Positions 8,151 through 20,138 of a stretch of DNA of 36,285 nt are shown here, piece after piece. Both the position numbers and the translations under genes were made by a program. How positions within the stretch are numbered: position 1 is the stretch's first letter; the number at the start of each line of letters is the position of its first letter. The stretch spans positions 38,335,191-38,371,475 of the forward strand of contig NC_057718.1 of NCBI RefSeq assembly GCF_004010195.1. The letters run 5' to 3'. The notes below the pieces were generated by a model that was not told where the DNA came from, searched no databases, and saw nothing but the letters and a program-made list of their open reading frames with translations. Source of the stretch: Chiloscyllium plagiosum (Eukaryota).

Positions 8151-11100
8151 TCTAACAATCATTATCTCACTTAGATGTCAAAAATTGTTATTGGGATGAG
8201 GTTCCGGCGGAACTCTATAACAAGAGCCTTCCTGCCTGCAGTCCTTTGTTGGATGATGAGTATTAACTCTGACCCACTTATTGGCTAATCCAGGTAAAAT
8301 CTATGTCAGGCAAATGCTACTGATATGTTCAGAGGGTCAGATCCCACAATTACTCTCAATGATGAGGTCCTGATCCAAAATGGAAAACTCCATCTCCAAC
8401 TGAACACATTTGATTGTTTTTATTTCATATTAATTTGTTCCCTGAGAACTATAAAATTAATGAGGTACAAAGAATGCTAACATTTTTTACGCTGCCGGTT
8501 TTCAAACTTAGAAAACCTTAAAAAATCTACTTTCACGTGTTCTTACATATTAGAAACGTCAGTAGGTATTATATATTTTCTATATTCCTGTGTCTCAGTG
8601 CAAGTATTCACTTCCTTGGTTGGTCGCTGACTAATCAGCTTCTCAGTTATTCATTTCTGACTATTTGTGGGCATGTTAATGGTGCAAAATTCTTGTGTAC
8701 TTTATCTTTTTTTTTGAGTTGCTCAGATTGGAATTTACCATTTTTTTTTTGACTGGTGAATATTGTTCTTGAAGTCTCCTTGCTTTCCAGTAAAGCTGCA
8801 TTGTTAATGTCAGTTCATCAATGTTCATTAGAAAACAGCAAACTTAAACACAGCTGAATTTTGACAACCCACCTGTCAAATTATACAGCTCAACATTTGT
8901 GCTTAGTTGCTATGATCTTGATTCTAATGAGGTGGAGTGCATTTTCTGTTTATGTTACTTGGATAGTGGCAAACTTAAGGTCTGAATAATTTTTCCAATC
9001 AAGCCTCCATTCAGTAACATGGTTTAGCAGGTAGCTCACCAACCAGGAAGGGATCTGGAGAGGAGGAGATCTAGCAGGTCTTCTGGGAAACTGCCAACAG
9101 TGAAGCATTTGGAGGTGTTACTGGAAATCTGCCAAAATATAGGGTAATGCTCCTCCTTGTTGTGTAAACATTTCCCCACCCACAACCAAAATTTTAATGG
9201 TCATTTTCTAACCAGCCAAACCAGTAGTCCCTCTTTTGTTTTCTGATCTGCTTTACCAATGGAAGATCAAAATTACACCTGCATCAAAGTAAATTGTAGG
9301 ATCCTAATTTTTATATTGTAACTAAGACACTAATGAGGACTTTAAGATTTTTTTCAAAAGCAAATGCTCATTGTCCGTTTTAAAGGATGAACTTCATCTA
9401 CTTCCATATGATGTATCTGGATCCCTTTTCTCTTCAGAAGGTAACTTAATTGTTTATGTACCATCCACTCAGGTTGACTTGCTTGAAAATATGTAATGTA
9501 AGAAATCAATGAAACATTCATTCAGTGTCCATCCTGGATTTGGTGTTAGCCCTCACAGATGACCCATAATGGATAATAATTGCATCTCTAATTGTTCCCC
9601 TCTTCACTCACTTCAGACAGGTCTCAAATAATAACTGTTGCTCTTAATGATGTTCTGATGAAGATATTTTCTGCATACAGTCACCCTACAGTCATTTCAA
9701 GTTTGATACAGCTGTTGCAGATTTTTTTAAGCAGTGAAGATTATGATGAGGCTGTGATCTGGTCTATGTTGAATCTTCTTTAACATATTTGAACATGGGA
9801 ACAGAAGTGGCCTATTTTGCCCCTTTATATCTTTCCAATCAGTGAACTAAATCATGGTTGATTTGTATCTCATGTGCATTTACTTGCCTTTTCTCCACAT
9901 TTCCCAGTCCTTTATATGGTAAGAAATTTATTGATGGTGATCTTTCAGCATTTATGTGCATGAACACCAAATCTATTTCCATCTACTGCATTTCCTTGTC
10001 TCACCATGTAAACAAAAAAAATCTAAGATTTCTCTTTGGTATATTTAACGTCAATGATTTCACATAACTCACATTGAATTCCATCGACTCTTACTAACTT
10101 ATTTAATCCATCCAAGGTGTTTTGGAACTTGCTGCTTTCAACTTCACCATTACGTCACCTGTAAATTTGGATAAACAACTTTATTTCTATAGCAATCTGA
10201 ATGATTTGATTGAATTCATTTTGTGATTAGAACATGCATTTCTTAAAACTTCAACTTAATTACTTCAAAGTATTTTGGACAAGAAAAGAAACCTTTTTTG
10301 TTAACTTTAATTTTATGTTATGAATCTTTTGTTCACAACAGTAGAAAATTAACATCCATTCAATAACAAGTCGAAGTGATTAGAATTGTGCAAGGTACAG
10401 CAGGTAGATAAAATATTGATCCTAGCAACAAACATACTCTTGAGTTTGTACTTACTGTTCTTATTATTGTAGGTAAATAACCGCAAGCTACCTTTAATTT
10501 GACTACCTATTTAAAAAAAACTCTTAATTAAATACTGAAACAATTATTTAAACTTTATTGCATGTAGCAACCAAAATAAGACCCTTCAAGTAAATGAGTT
10601 AAGCCTCCCAACTCAACTTGGCTATTACCCAATTAATGGTGGAATTTAGCTACTAGTCCAACCAACAATGTCTGTCTCTGATATCCAGGGTTTGATCCTT
10701 GTGCACTGTTGTTCTCTGAAGATCTGCTGATGAAGACTTCTCATGTTAATATCACTTCTCATGTTAGCATCTTATACATTTTCTTGTCCTTAAGGTCTGT
10801 GGCATGATTTTATTGATTACCCTTTAGAGTCTTCATCCATAATTTTTGGTTACTCTTTTGGAGCCCTTGAGTTTGCAGCTTGCTTTCTTATTAGAAGTAA
10901 CTCCTCTGTTCCTTGTTACATTTGGTCATAACTGTCTGTGTGAAGACCCAGCCTGTCTTGCCGTAAACTCCTTAAATTCTTTAGCATTTGGCCTTGTTTG
11001 GCTTTGGCATAAGGCAGCCATTTATTAAGTATGTGTCAAAACAGTTTGGTTCATGTCGCCTTGATGACTCTTTTTCCCAGACATGACTAAGTGCTGTATT

Positions 11101-11724
11101 CCTGTATAAATTTGTCCTTATCCCTAATAGTCCAGGCAGAATTATTGCTGCTGCTTTCAATCTATGAACAGTTATTAAAGTTCTGAACTTTACATTATCA
11201 CTTTCTAAAACAGTTAAACTTTATTTGTTATTTTACTGCATTGTACTGGGGGTTTCCTAAATTGATGTACTGTAATTCTTGAATACAGTGTCTCATACCT
11301 TGACATTTTAGTTTTCTTTATGCTTTAAAAAAACTTAAATACATTTATGATTTTTCCATTCCAGCTGTCTGTGAACTCATTTTTCTCCTTCTCTTTAAAT
11401 AATTTACTTGATTTACTTTGAATTCATTGTGTTGAATTACATTTCCTAGTTCATCCACTAGCTAAGTGAATAATTTTATTCATTCTAATTATCTTGTAAT
11501 TTCAGTCTTGCCCAATGACCAATGTTCATGATGTGTATCGGGATCTGAGAAATTTTGCTTTGTCGCAGAATGGTGGCAGCAAGAGACCAGCTGCTTTAGT
11601 TGCTTTTAGTAGCTAACAATGGGCTGCAAGTAATTAATATGCTGTCTACCCTGTGTCACCTGGTGGTTTCTTTGTATGAGACAGCAAAGGTTTAGGTGAC
11701 AATTTTTATTGGAGCCTCAGTTTT

Positions 11725-11880
11725 ATAGTCAAGCATTGGGTACAAAAGCAAGGATGATATCATTGGTTATTTCCAGCTGGCATATTGAGTCCAATTTGGA
11801 CACCAAACTTTAAGAAAGATACTGTGACTTTGGAAAGGGTCCAAAGGAGATTTACCAGAAAGAATACACGAGACATAGGA
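11725..11880 (+). mobile_element. Very old CR1 ORF2 C-terminal fragment, probably continuing at about 13930-14085
   Basis: ttggaaagggtccaaaggagatttaccaga encodes the LERVQRRFTR motif. Confidence 0.6.
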
Positions 11881-11881
11881 C

Positions 11882-12614
11882 TTAGAACATATAGAACATT
11901 ACAGCGCAGTAAGGCCCTTTGGCCCTCAATGTTGTGCCGACCTGTGGAACCAATCTGAAGCTTATCTATGCTACACTATTCCAGTTTCATCCATATGTTT
12001 ATCCATTTAAATGCCCTTAAAGTTGGCAAGTCTCCTACTGTTGCAAGTAGGATATTCCTCGCTCCTCGTATTCTCTGAGTAAAGAAATTACCTCTGTCAA
12101 TATCTGCACTATATCTACCATCCCTTGATTTAAAGCCATTTCCCCTTGTGCTAGCCAACACCGTCTGAGGACAAAGGCTCTCGCTGTCCACCCTATCTAA
12201 CCCTCTGATTTTCTTTAATGTCTCAATGAAGTCACCTCTCAACCTCCTCCTTTCTAATGAAAACAGCCTCAAGTCCCTCAGCCTTTCCTCATAAGACCTT
12301 CCCTCCATACCAGGCAACATCCTAGTAAATCTCCACTGAACCCTTTCCAAAGCTTTCACATCCTCCTATCATGCCCTATCATGCAGTGACCAGAACTGTA
12401 TGCAATACTCCCAAGTGTGGCCACACCAGAGTTTCATACAGTTGCAGCATGACCTTGTGGCTCTGAAACTCAGTCTCTCTACCAATAAAAGCTAATACAT
12501 TGTATTCCTTCTTAACAACTCTATCAACCTGGGTGGCAACTTTCAGAGATCTATGGATATGGACACCAAGATTTGTTTGCTCATCGACACTACCAAGAAT
12601 CTTACCATTAGCCC
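11882..12614 (-). mobile_element. 5'-truncated CR1 LINE (TTCTATG-tail subfamily)
   Basis: ORF 11976-12359(-) ALERVQWRFTRMLPGM...LRLFSLERRRLRGD; tail tagaacatatagaac at 11882. Confidence 0.88.
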
Positions 12615-14089
12615 AAGCTCCACATTTATCGCTGGAAATTCTGATTCCAGACTCATCAGAAATGCAGTGTGTATCTGAAATGAACACAGTTTTCCCTAGT
12701 TCGGGGTACTGGGAGAGGTCATGGCAATCCTTTTTTGCAGGAGTGTGCTGAGTCCACAATTTAAACACCCAGCGGTACAGACAGACCCTGACATTTGCTG
12801 TGAAAGGCTAAGTATGTAAGTGAAGTTGGGGGGGGAGGGGAGGTTAGGTGTAATTGGTTCAGGAGCTAGAGTGTCACATGGGAGGGTGGAGTTGAGCAAT
12901 GCTAGGGTTGTGGAGTTAGTGGCTGGGGGTTTTGGGGCTAGTGGGAGGGTTTCAGAAAATGTCAGGGTTGGTGGAAAGGAATATTAGGCACGTATCAGCC
13001 CAAACTGACTATTCAAATGGTATTGGGTTGGGGTCCTCATTGTCTAACATTTCATGGGCAACTGTTAACTGTACAGAATTACAACATTCAAAAGTTCCAA
13101 CTTTAGTGGATCCTTTAGAACGATTCCAGATAATGGTCTCCCATCAGAGTCTTCAATTCCCTCGGCGATTTCTACAGAGTCTGCTATGTCCAGGTTTCCA
13201 CAGGGTCCTGACATGCAACTCCCTCCTGTGCTGTTCCAACAAGTTCCTGGGTGCTAGAATTGTTCCTTTCTTACTGACGTGATGCAGAAAAGTATTTATA
13301 TTTTCACTGTAATTCCCTAGTTGCACAATTCACTACAATCTGTTGCAGTAGGTACCCTGTGCAGCAGATATTTGACCCTTTTGAATGATTGGATCTAGCC
13401 CAGTTGAAGAGACCCTGTCCTAAACACATGCAGGTTCACTTCCCAGGCAGAGTCACTGTGCATAGATATCACGTGGGGACCCTTAGGATTTCACCTGCAA
13501 GCCCTGAGTACAATTCTTAGTGTCCCACTGTGCAGCCCACAGTGAGCCCCACAATTGCTCCTTCCCTGGTTTTGTATTTCCCATTGGGGAAACATTGAGG
13601 CCTGGATATTCTACAGAAGCTGAGCTGTAGGGCTGGGCCATGAATCTCGTGACGCTGTGGCTGGACCACTGACCTCACAATGGGAGATGACCCTCACCCA
13701 GCTCGAGCTGAGGACTCAGCAACAGCCAATAGGATTTCAACCTGAGCACGGCTGCTTAAAGAGAACGGAGAGGAAATCACATCAAATTGTTCATATGTTG
13801 AGAGCACTGGGGATAGAAATTGAAATGCTCACATATGCACACAGACAGGTTGGGTTTCAGTGACTGCAGTGATGCCAGTTGTCTTCTCCCACTTGAACTG
13901 AACTGACTGGTCCAAAATAGAATCTCCTGTAGACTCCATTTACTTTGTGAGATTGGAGCAAGTGAAATTACTCCCTTTACAGAAGAAAAAGTTTAAGGAG
14001 ACATTTAATGGAGTGTTTAAAATCCTGAAAGGTTTTAATAGAATAAAAAAAAACTGCTCTGAATGGTAGAGGGTTGATAATCAGTAGTA

Positions 14090-14280
14090 ATGAAAACAAA
14101 GTGCTGCAAGTACTTAGCATGTCGTCTGTGGGGAGGGAAACTCTATATTTCAGGTTTGTGACTTCACATCAAAAGTTCATTAACCTTGTGTTTCTTTTTT
14201 TCCAAAATGGCTGCTTTACTTGTTAAAAGTTTCCAGCATTTTTTGATTTTATTTCAGATTTCCAGCATCTGCATTATTTT
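14090..14280. mobile_element. Decayed Penelope-type inverted repeat relic
   Basis: aaagtgctg...cttagcatgtc on the left and tttccagcatttt...tcagatttccagcatctgca on the right. The end matches the reverse complement of tgcagatgctggagatc at about 5672-5688. Confidence 0.55.
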
Positions 14281-15076
14281 GGGAATATACTTATGACACA
14301 TTTATGCTACATATTCTGGGATGTTGGGGTTGGTTATGATTCCCAGGATACACACTCCTCTACCATCTACACACTACCATCTAATCTGAGTCTACATTCT
14401 GAAAACTTTTGGTTCGTTGATGGGATTTATATATTTATACACTTTATCGTTAAAATATATCAAAACATGAAATTTTCTGTGGCCTTCATAGCATGTCAGA
14501 CTTTCCATCCAGTATAGTTTGGCCAAATATTATTGTTGGAATAGCAAGCAATATACCGATTCAACATAAAAATAGTCCAACTCATTTCTAGTATTAAAGC
14601 ATTGTCAAAAAAAACAAACATTTCCACGGATAGTTTAGAATAGTCATAACCATTGCTTTTGATCAAGGTTGATGAATTGTGCAAGGACTGTATGCAAGCA
14701 ATGAAAGGATTGGACTTGTGTGTTGGCGTGCTGAAACAAAAGTGTCAACAACTAGCAAAGTCCAGGTTTGATTTCCTCACACATGTTTCTGTTATGTTGC
14801 AGCAGGAAAGCCCATGGACATTGAGAATAGGGAAATTAAAATAAAGGAAGTTGTTGGCCTCAGTCAGGCATTTCCAAGTGACTGGATGAAAAACAGCCTG
14901 GCAGAGGTTTGAGTCCCTGCTCTTTTGACAGCCTGTCTGCAGTTTTGATTGCTAATGTTATGTTACCATAAAGAGAATAAAACCGGAGAGTGGAAATACA
15001 ATGGGTAAGAAATTTCAAACCAAAAAAGAATTCTAAGTGGCCTTTGACTTTGCTAAAAATTCTATCCTTTTCTTAG

Positions 15077-15165
15077 GTTCTGACAAATGGACAACAGCAG
15101 AACGGAAACTATTCAACAAAGCTTTGAGTATACATAACAAGGACTTCTTCTTGGTTCAGAAAATG
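15077..15165 (+). CDS. TRERF1: Internal coding exon, N-terminal half of the SANT/Myb-like domain of an ELM2-SANT protein (TRERF1-like)
   Basis: 89-bp exon with acceptor ctatccttttcttAG (15075-15076) and donor ATG|GTAAGA (15166). Reads (G)[29 protein letters not shown], entering in phase 1 and leaving in phase 0. Resembles the recalled human TRERF1 [17 protein letters not shown]...KDFIFVQKM. Confidence 0.9.
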
Positions 15166-15599
15166 GTAAGAGAACTTTTCCAGAGACAGTCCAGTACTGT
15201 ATTTAATAAGAATATATTGTGGTTTAACACTTAAGAATCAATTACAAAAATAGCTTCCAGCCAAAAGTGCTAAAGTGGGATATTTTGTGATGCATGTTGT
15301 TATTTCGACTGATTTTTTTCCCTGCATACTTCAACTTTCTCTTGTTGCCATAGACGGCAGGAGATGTGATCTGATAATAGTACAATTAGGGCATTGAGGT
15401 ATCTGAAATATTTAGTGAGCAGCAGGGCCATCTGTGGATCACCTGAAACAAAATGATTTCAGGACTGAGAAACATGCTAGAATAGCTGAGGAGGAAGAAG
15501 AATTAGAATAAAATTAGTAGGAAAAAAAGATAGGATTTAGTGAGAGGAAAAGGAAAGAAAAAAATGATCTATTGAAATCTCTAACACTTGATTATGTGC

Positions 15600-16045
15600 A
15601 GTTTTGGAACAATATATTGGCCTTAAAGAGAGTGCAGTACAGATTTTCAAGATACCTGGACTCCAAGGTATACATTAGCAGGAGAAATTATATAAACCAG
15701 GGTTGTATTCCCCAGAATTTAGAATTATAAAGGGTGATTCAAGCTTTGAAGATATTAAGGGGAACAGTTAGGTGTTAGGGAAAGTATTTGCCACAGTTAA
15801 GGAGTCCAGGACTAGGGAATGCAGCCTCGCCTTTCAGAAATGAGTCTTCAGCAGTTCTACATGTGAAACATGGTGGAAATTAGATCACTCTGTAGGTCAG
15901 TTGTTTACTTAAGTAAGACTTTTTTTTATCAAATATATTTTTGGGATATTTGGCTAGGCAAGTACATGATATTTAGCCATGGATCAGTCACAATCTCATT
16001 GAATGCAGGTTCAAAAAGCGAAATGATCTACTCATGTTCCTACGC
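15600..16045 (+). mobile_element. Old CR1 3' fragment
   Basis: ggccttaaagagagtgcag...ggagtccaggactaggg...atctcattgaatg...ctactcatgttcct; same tail type as 25165-25468. Confidence 0.6.
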
Positions 16046-17097
16046 TTTTATTCAGTTTGAAATTGAATAGTTTCAATTGTTCACCCAGAAAGATTGATTG
16101 GACATTGCACCAAGAAATATCTCACTAAAAAAGATACTAGTGTTGTTAAGTTTCAGTTGTACCCTCCTTCAGCAAGTTTAATGAGCAATTTTGTGCAAAT
16201 CCAGTGAATTCAGGGAAAAAAAGACTGCGCATTTGCAAAGCAATGAGCAAAATGGTGTGAAGCAATTAGCAAATTCTGGAGACCTGGGCCTCTTAACCCT
16301 TGAACTGAAGTGTTTGGTGCATTGATAAGCACAGCATGTGCTGTTAATTTTGGCAGTAATATTTCATTTCTTGAATTTCATTGTTTAAAAATTGGACTTA
16401 TTGCTAATCAGATATCCTGTGATGTTCACGATATTGATATTTTATGGTGCATAAAGAAATAACTCATTGTTCATTCTAGTTCTGCAAGTAATTGTGGATA
16501 GGTTGGAAGTAAGATATTATGATAGTTGGCTTTTTTAAAGTCAATCTCTTGGTAACTTTTTCTTTTCTTACATTTTTGTTTTAAGACTAAATGTGTTCTG
16601 GCTAAATCTTATATTTATGAGAGATGTTCGAGTGCTGTCACTCCCCTGTTGTCACTGAAAATGGACACTGCGCCCAGAGAAATTGCTTGACTTGCCATCA
16701 CTGGTGATGAATTTATTTTTAAACCTCAGCTGTCTTCTGGAGCACAAATTGGAGATGCACATTCATGGTGGGAGAGATAAGAGTTTAACCTGACTCCATT
16801 TCAAGAAAAGTTCAAGTGGCAGCCCACAACTCTGAACTGATTTGACTTTTATCATGAGCTGTTTACATAATGGTCTCTTGCTTTTTTAATAGCAATCTTA
16901 CAACATATCTTTGAGTATTTATTCCAAGTTTTATAGTATTTGGGTAACTGTTATCCTACATTTTATTTCACAGGATCACACATCAGCTGCTTAGTGCTTC
17001 AGTTTGTTGTATGACTATTCCTTAAACATTTGCTGTATTAATGGTCATTAGCACCACATGATGTTGCTTCACAGACATAGTTCTATTTGGAGATGGG

Positions 17098-17305
17098 AGT
17101 TGGTTAGTTCAGTTGGTTGGACAGCTGGTTTTCAATGCAGCGTAACACTAACAGCGCAAGTTTAATTCCTGGACTGGCTGAGATTACCATGAAAGAGCTC
17201 CCTTTCAATCTTACCCTTCACCTTGGCATGGTGACTGCCACCAGTCATCTCTCTAGGCTGCGCTCTCTAGAGACAAAGGTCCAGTAGGACTATGGCAACT
17301 TTTGC
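17098..17305 (+). mobile_element. tRNA-derived SINE
   Basis: A box ggtTAGTTCAGTTGGt and degenerate B box aGTTTAATTCC at tRNA-like spacing, followed by a non-tRNA body ending ggactatggcaacttt. Confidence 0.6.
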
Positions 17306-18440
17306 CTTACCTCTAAGTTTAAAGAACTGACAATATAATAGGAATAATTTTCTCAGCAACCATCAGCTGGGGCAGAATTCACATCTCTGTTCTTGTTCTC
17401 GGACAAAACTAAGTCCCAGAAATATGCATTTCGTTAGTCTGAAGTAAGTTTCTCTTGTTTAATTTTTCCTCTTCTCTACTTGTGATCTTCTTTCCGACCT
17501 GACTCATGACAGATACTTCAATTAGTAGGACGAGTGAGACAAGTTGTATGCTAGTGGTTAGGACAAGGAAAGGTAAAAAAATGATTACAAACTGGTGGAG
17601 AGTCGAATATCCTGCGGGGCTAGGTGAAGAACTGTGTCATGGATGCTTGAACAAGGTTGGAGACTTGCTTTCTTCCTTTTGGAAAAAAAGTTAATTCCTC
17701 TATTGAAATTGATGTTTGAAAATCATTTGGGTGGGGAGATTGAGGAAGGAGATGCAAAGATGAGCAGGATGAGCAAAGATATAGCAAAAAAACAAACCTC
17801 CTTAAAGGAATTTAAGAAAAACATGAACTCGTGAATTCAAATCTGATGAAACTGGAGAGGTATCAGGCACTAAATAAATGCTACAGAATTGATGATGGTA
17901 GGGATAAATGAATTTGTTATAGCCTCACGTTATGATGAAAAATGCACATTGTATTTAAAATTAACAAAAGATTAAGTTAAGTTTATCAGTGATTATGTCA
18001 TCTAGATGTCAAAAGGGCTACTGATTTTGCCAGCTACAAGTATGGTGGCTTTAGAGTATCAAAGCTGTTTTTCATAAGTAATGTATATGCAATAGACATA
18101 TGTATGAGCTAGATAACCTACATGTCAAAGGATGTTACAAACTTGTTGAAACCAGGTTAAAAACCAAGCATCACAGCCAAATTGCCTTAGTAAAGTTTCA
18201 AATTGCAGAAGTTTCACATGGATATATGCCACAGACAGATGTTGATGGATGAATGTGGGTCAGACTCCAAGTGAAAATAACTAATACTATCAGCCAGCTG
18301 ATTGAAAAGAAACCACAAAACATCTGGTTAGGAATGAATAAATGCTGTTGGAGTGTTAGCAGGCAAACATGGTCAATCATTTCTTTGCTGGCATATATGA
18401 AACTGTTAACTGTGAACTATCCAACCATTTTGAATTAGAT

Positions 18441-18520
18441 TGGGCATCACTGGCTGGGTCAGCATTTAGTTAACTTTCAGAAGGTAGTGGTGGTGGTGAG
18501 CTACCTTCTTGAATAACCGT
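18441..18520 (-). mobile_element. Short LINE 3'-tail fragment, same tail family as the SINE at 214-547
   Basis: catcactggctgggtcagcattta...ggtggtggtgagctaccttcttgaa. Confidence 0.5.
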
Positions 18521-18884
18521 AATTATCTTTGTTATCCTAAAAATATAATTGACCTCCTTTCAATTCCTGTTGTTTTCTTTACTGCATGCAAAACCAAATA
18601 TTGTTGCAACTTCTTGAAAAAGATGTCTTAAAATCAAACCTATAAATTGTCTTTAGACCCATGGAAGCTCCAGATTTTTGCTTGACGTTAATATAACAAG
18701 TGTGATAATAATCTTTGTAAGATTTTCAGCCAGAAGCAAAAGTAGTATTGTGTCTGTCACGGCACGGAGACAAAAAGCCAAATCACATCAGCCTCTTGAT
18801 TTTTATGTTCAGGACACAATAAAATGAAAATACTCAGTACCCTCAAAATTGACCCCAATGGTTCCTAGCCAGTTATCAAGCTAA

Positions 18885-19343
18885 GGAGGGTTCAGAAGAG
18901 ATTTACCAGGATGTTGCTGGGTGTGGAAAGTTAGATTGGATAGGCTGGGACATTTTTCACTAAAGTGTAGGAAGTTGAGAGACCCTCTGATACAAGTTGA
19001 TAAAATATTGAGAGAGTGATAGTTGTCTTTTGCCTAGGATGGGGATTTCAGGACTAGGGGGCACATTTTTAAGTTGAGGGGAGAGAGATTTAAAAAGACA
19101 TGAAGCAAAATTTTTTTTTACGCAGACGGTGGTCCACATGTAAAATGAACTTCCTGAGAAAGTGGTGGATGCGGGTACAATTAGAATGTTTAAAATACAT
19201 TTGGACAGATACATGAATAGGAAAGGATTGGAGGGATATAGGCCAGGAGCAGGTAGGTGGGATTAGTTCAGTTTGGAATTATGTTTGGCATGGACTGGTT
19301 GGACTGAAGGGTCTTTTTCTGTGTTCTGTGACTCTGACTCTCT
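18885..19343 (+). mobile_element. CR1 3' fragment
   Basis: gagggttcagaagagatttaccaggatgttgc ... ggactgaagggtctttttctgtgttctgtgactctgactctc. Confidence 0.85.
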
Positions 19344-19446
19344 AACCAGTACCAGACTCTTTGAATAATCAATACTGTACATGAGGTTTACAGCTTAAAC
19401 AAAAGACTTAACAATTTATGAACAATACAGTAGTTTCAGCAGACAC

Positions 19447-19570
19447 TTCATCTGACAAAGGAGCAGTGCTCCAAAAACTTGTGATTTCAGATAAACCTGT
19501 CGGACTATAACCTGGTGTCATGTGACTTCTGAATTTCTCCACCCCAGACCAACTGGCACTTCCACAGCAT
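19447..19570 (+). mobile_element. Second Penelope-type repeat family with a degenerate hammerhead core
   Basis: CTGAcaA-a-GGAGC-agt-GCTCC-aAAA: stem II is intact, and the two core G positions look lost by CpG-type decay. Followed by ataaacctgtcggactataacctggtgt. Confidence 0.55.
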
Positions 19571-19919
19571 AACTTTCACAGAGCAAAGTTAAACCATAAG
19601 GTCATCTAATAAAACCTAATCTTCTTTGGTTCTAGCCCCACTCTCAAACAAAGACAGATAAGTAGACACAGTTAAGGGATAAATCAGAAGGGAAACATAA
19701 ATGAGATATAACTGGGCAGTTCACTTTAGCGGACTCCACGATCCGTAGCATTACTGGCACACAGGATTATGTCTTGCTTGGTTTCTGACAACCCCGATGC
19801 ATGTAGGTGGCTCCAAGGAGTATTCATTTAATTCTTATAATGGAAATTCTATTCCCCCGACCTTTTAATAAGTTGATAATGAGAAGACAGCCAGGGAGGA
19901 ATCAAATCTTCAACCTGTA

Positions 19920-20138
19920 CAGTTGGTTCTGCTGTAACATGCGTTTCTCCAACATAATTTGGATATAACACGATTGAAGAATTTAGACTACTATTTGTAG
20001 GACGTGAATTTTTCTTATGTGCGTTGGCTGTAACGCGATTCCGGTCCCATTGGTTTAAATGGTGCTGCTATTTCGCGAATTTCTTTTAACATGGGATCAT
20101 GTGGGAAAGGAACTATTGCATTATGTCAGAACAGACTG
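19920..20138. mobile_element. Tc1/mariner (pogo/Tigger-like) MITE, about 219 bp
   Basis: Left end TA|CAGTTGGTTCTGCTGTAAC; right end TTATGTCAGAACAGACTG|tc (reverse complement CAGTCTGTTCTGACATAA). Internal repeats of a TAACRCGAT-like motif. Confidence 0.65.

Noticed and set aside
8253..8323. C/D-box snoRNA-like ATGATGA...CTGA
   Set aside because: No terminal stem and no recognisable guide; such short motifs occur by chance.
6555..11028. Numerous 60-110 aa ORFs in AT-rich intron, and similar ones elsewhere
   Set aside because: No domain similarity, mostly non-ATG starts, and lengths expected by chance; the upstream ELM2 exon was looked for and not found.
17098..17180. tRNA gene
   Set aside because: A and B boxes are present, but there is no cloverleaf and it continues into a SINE body.
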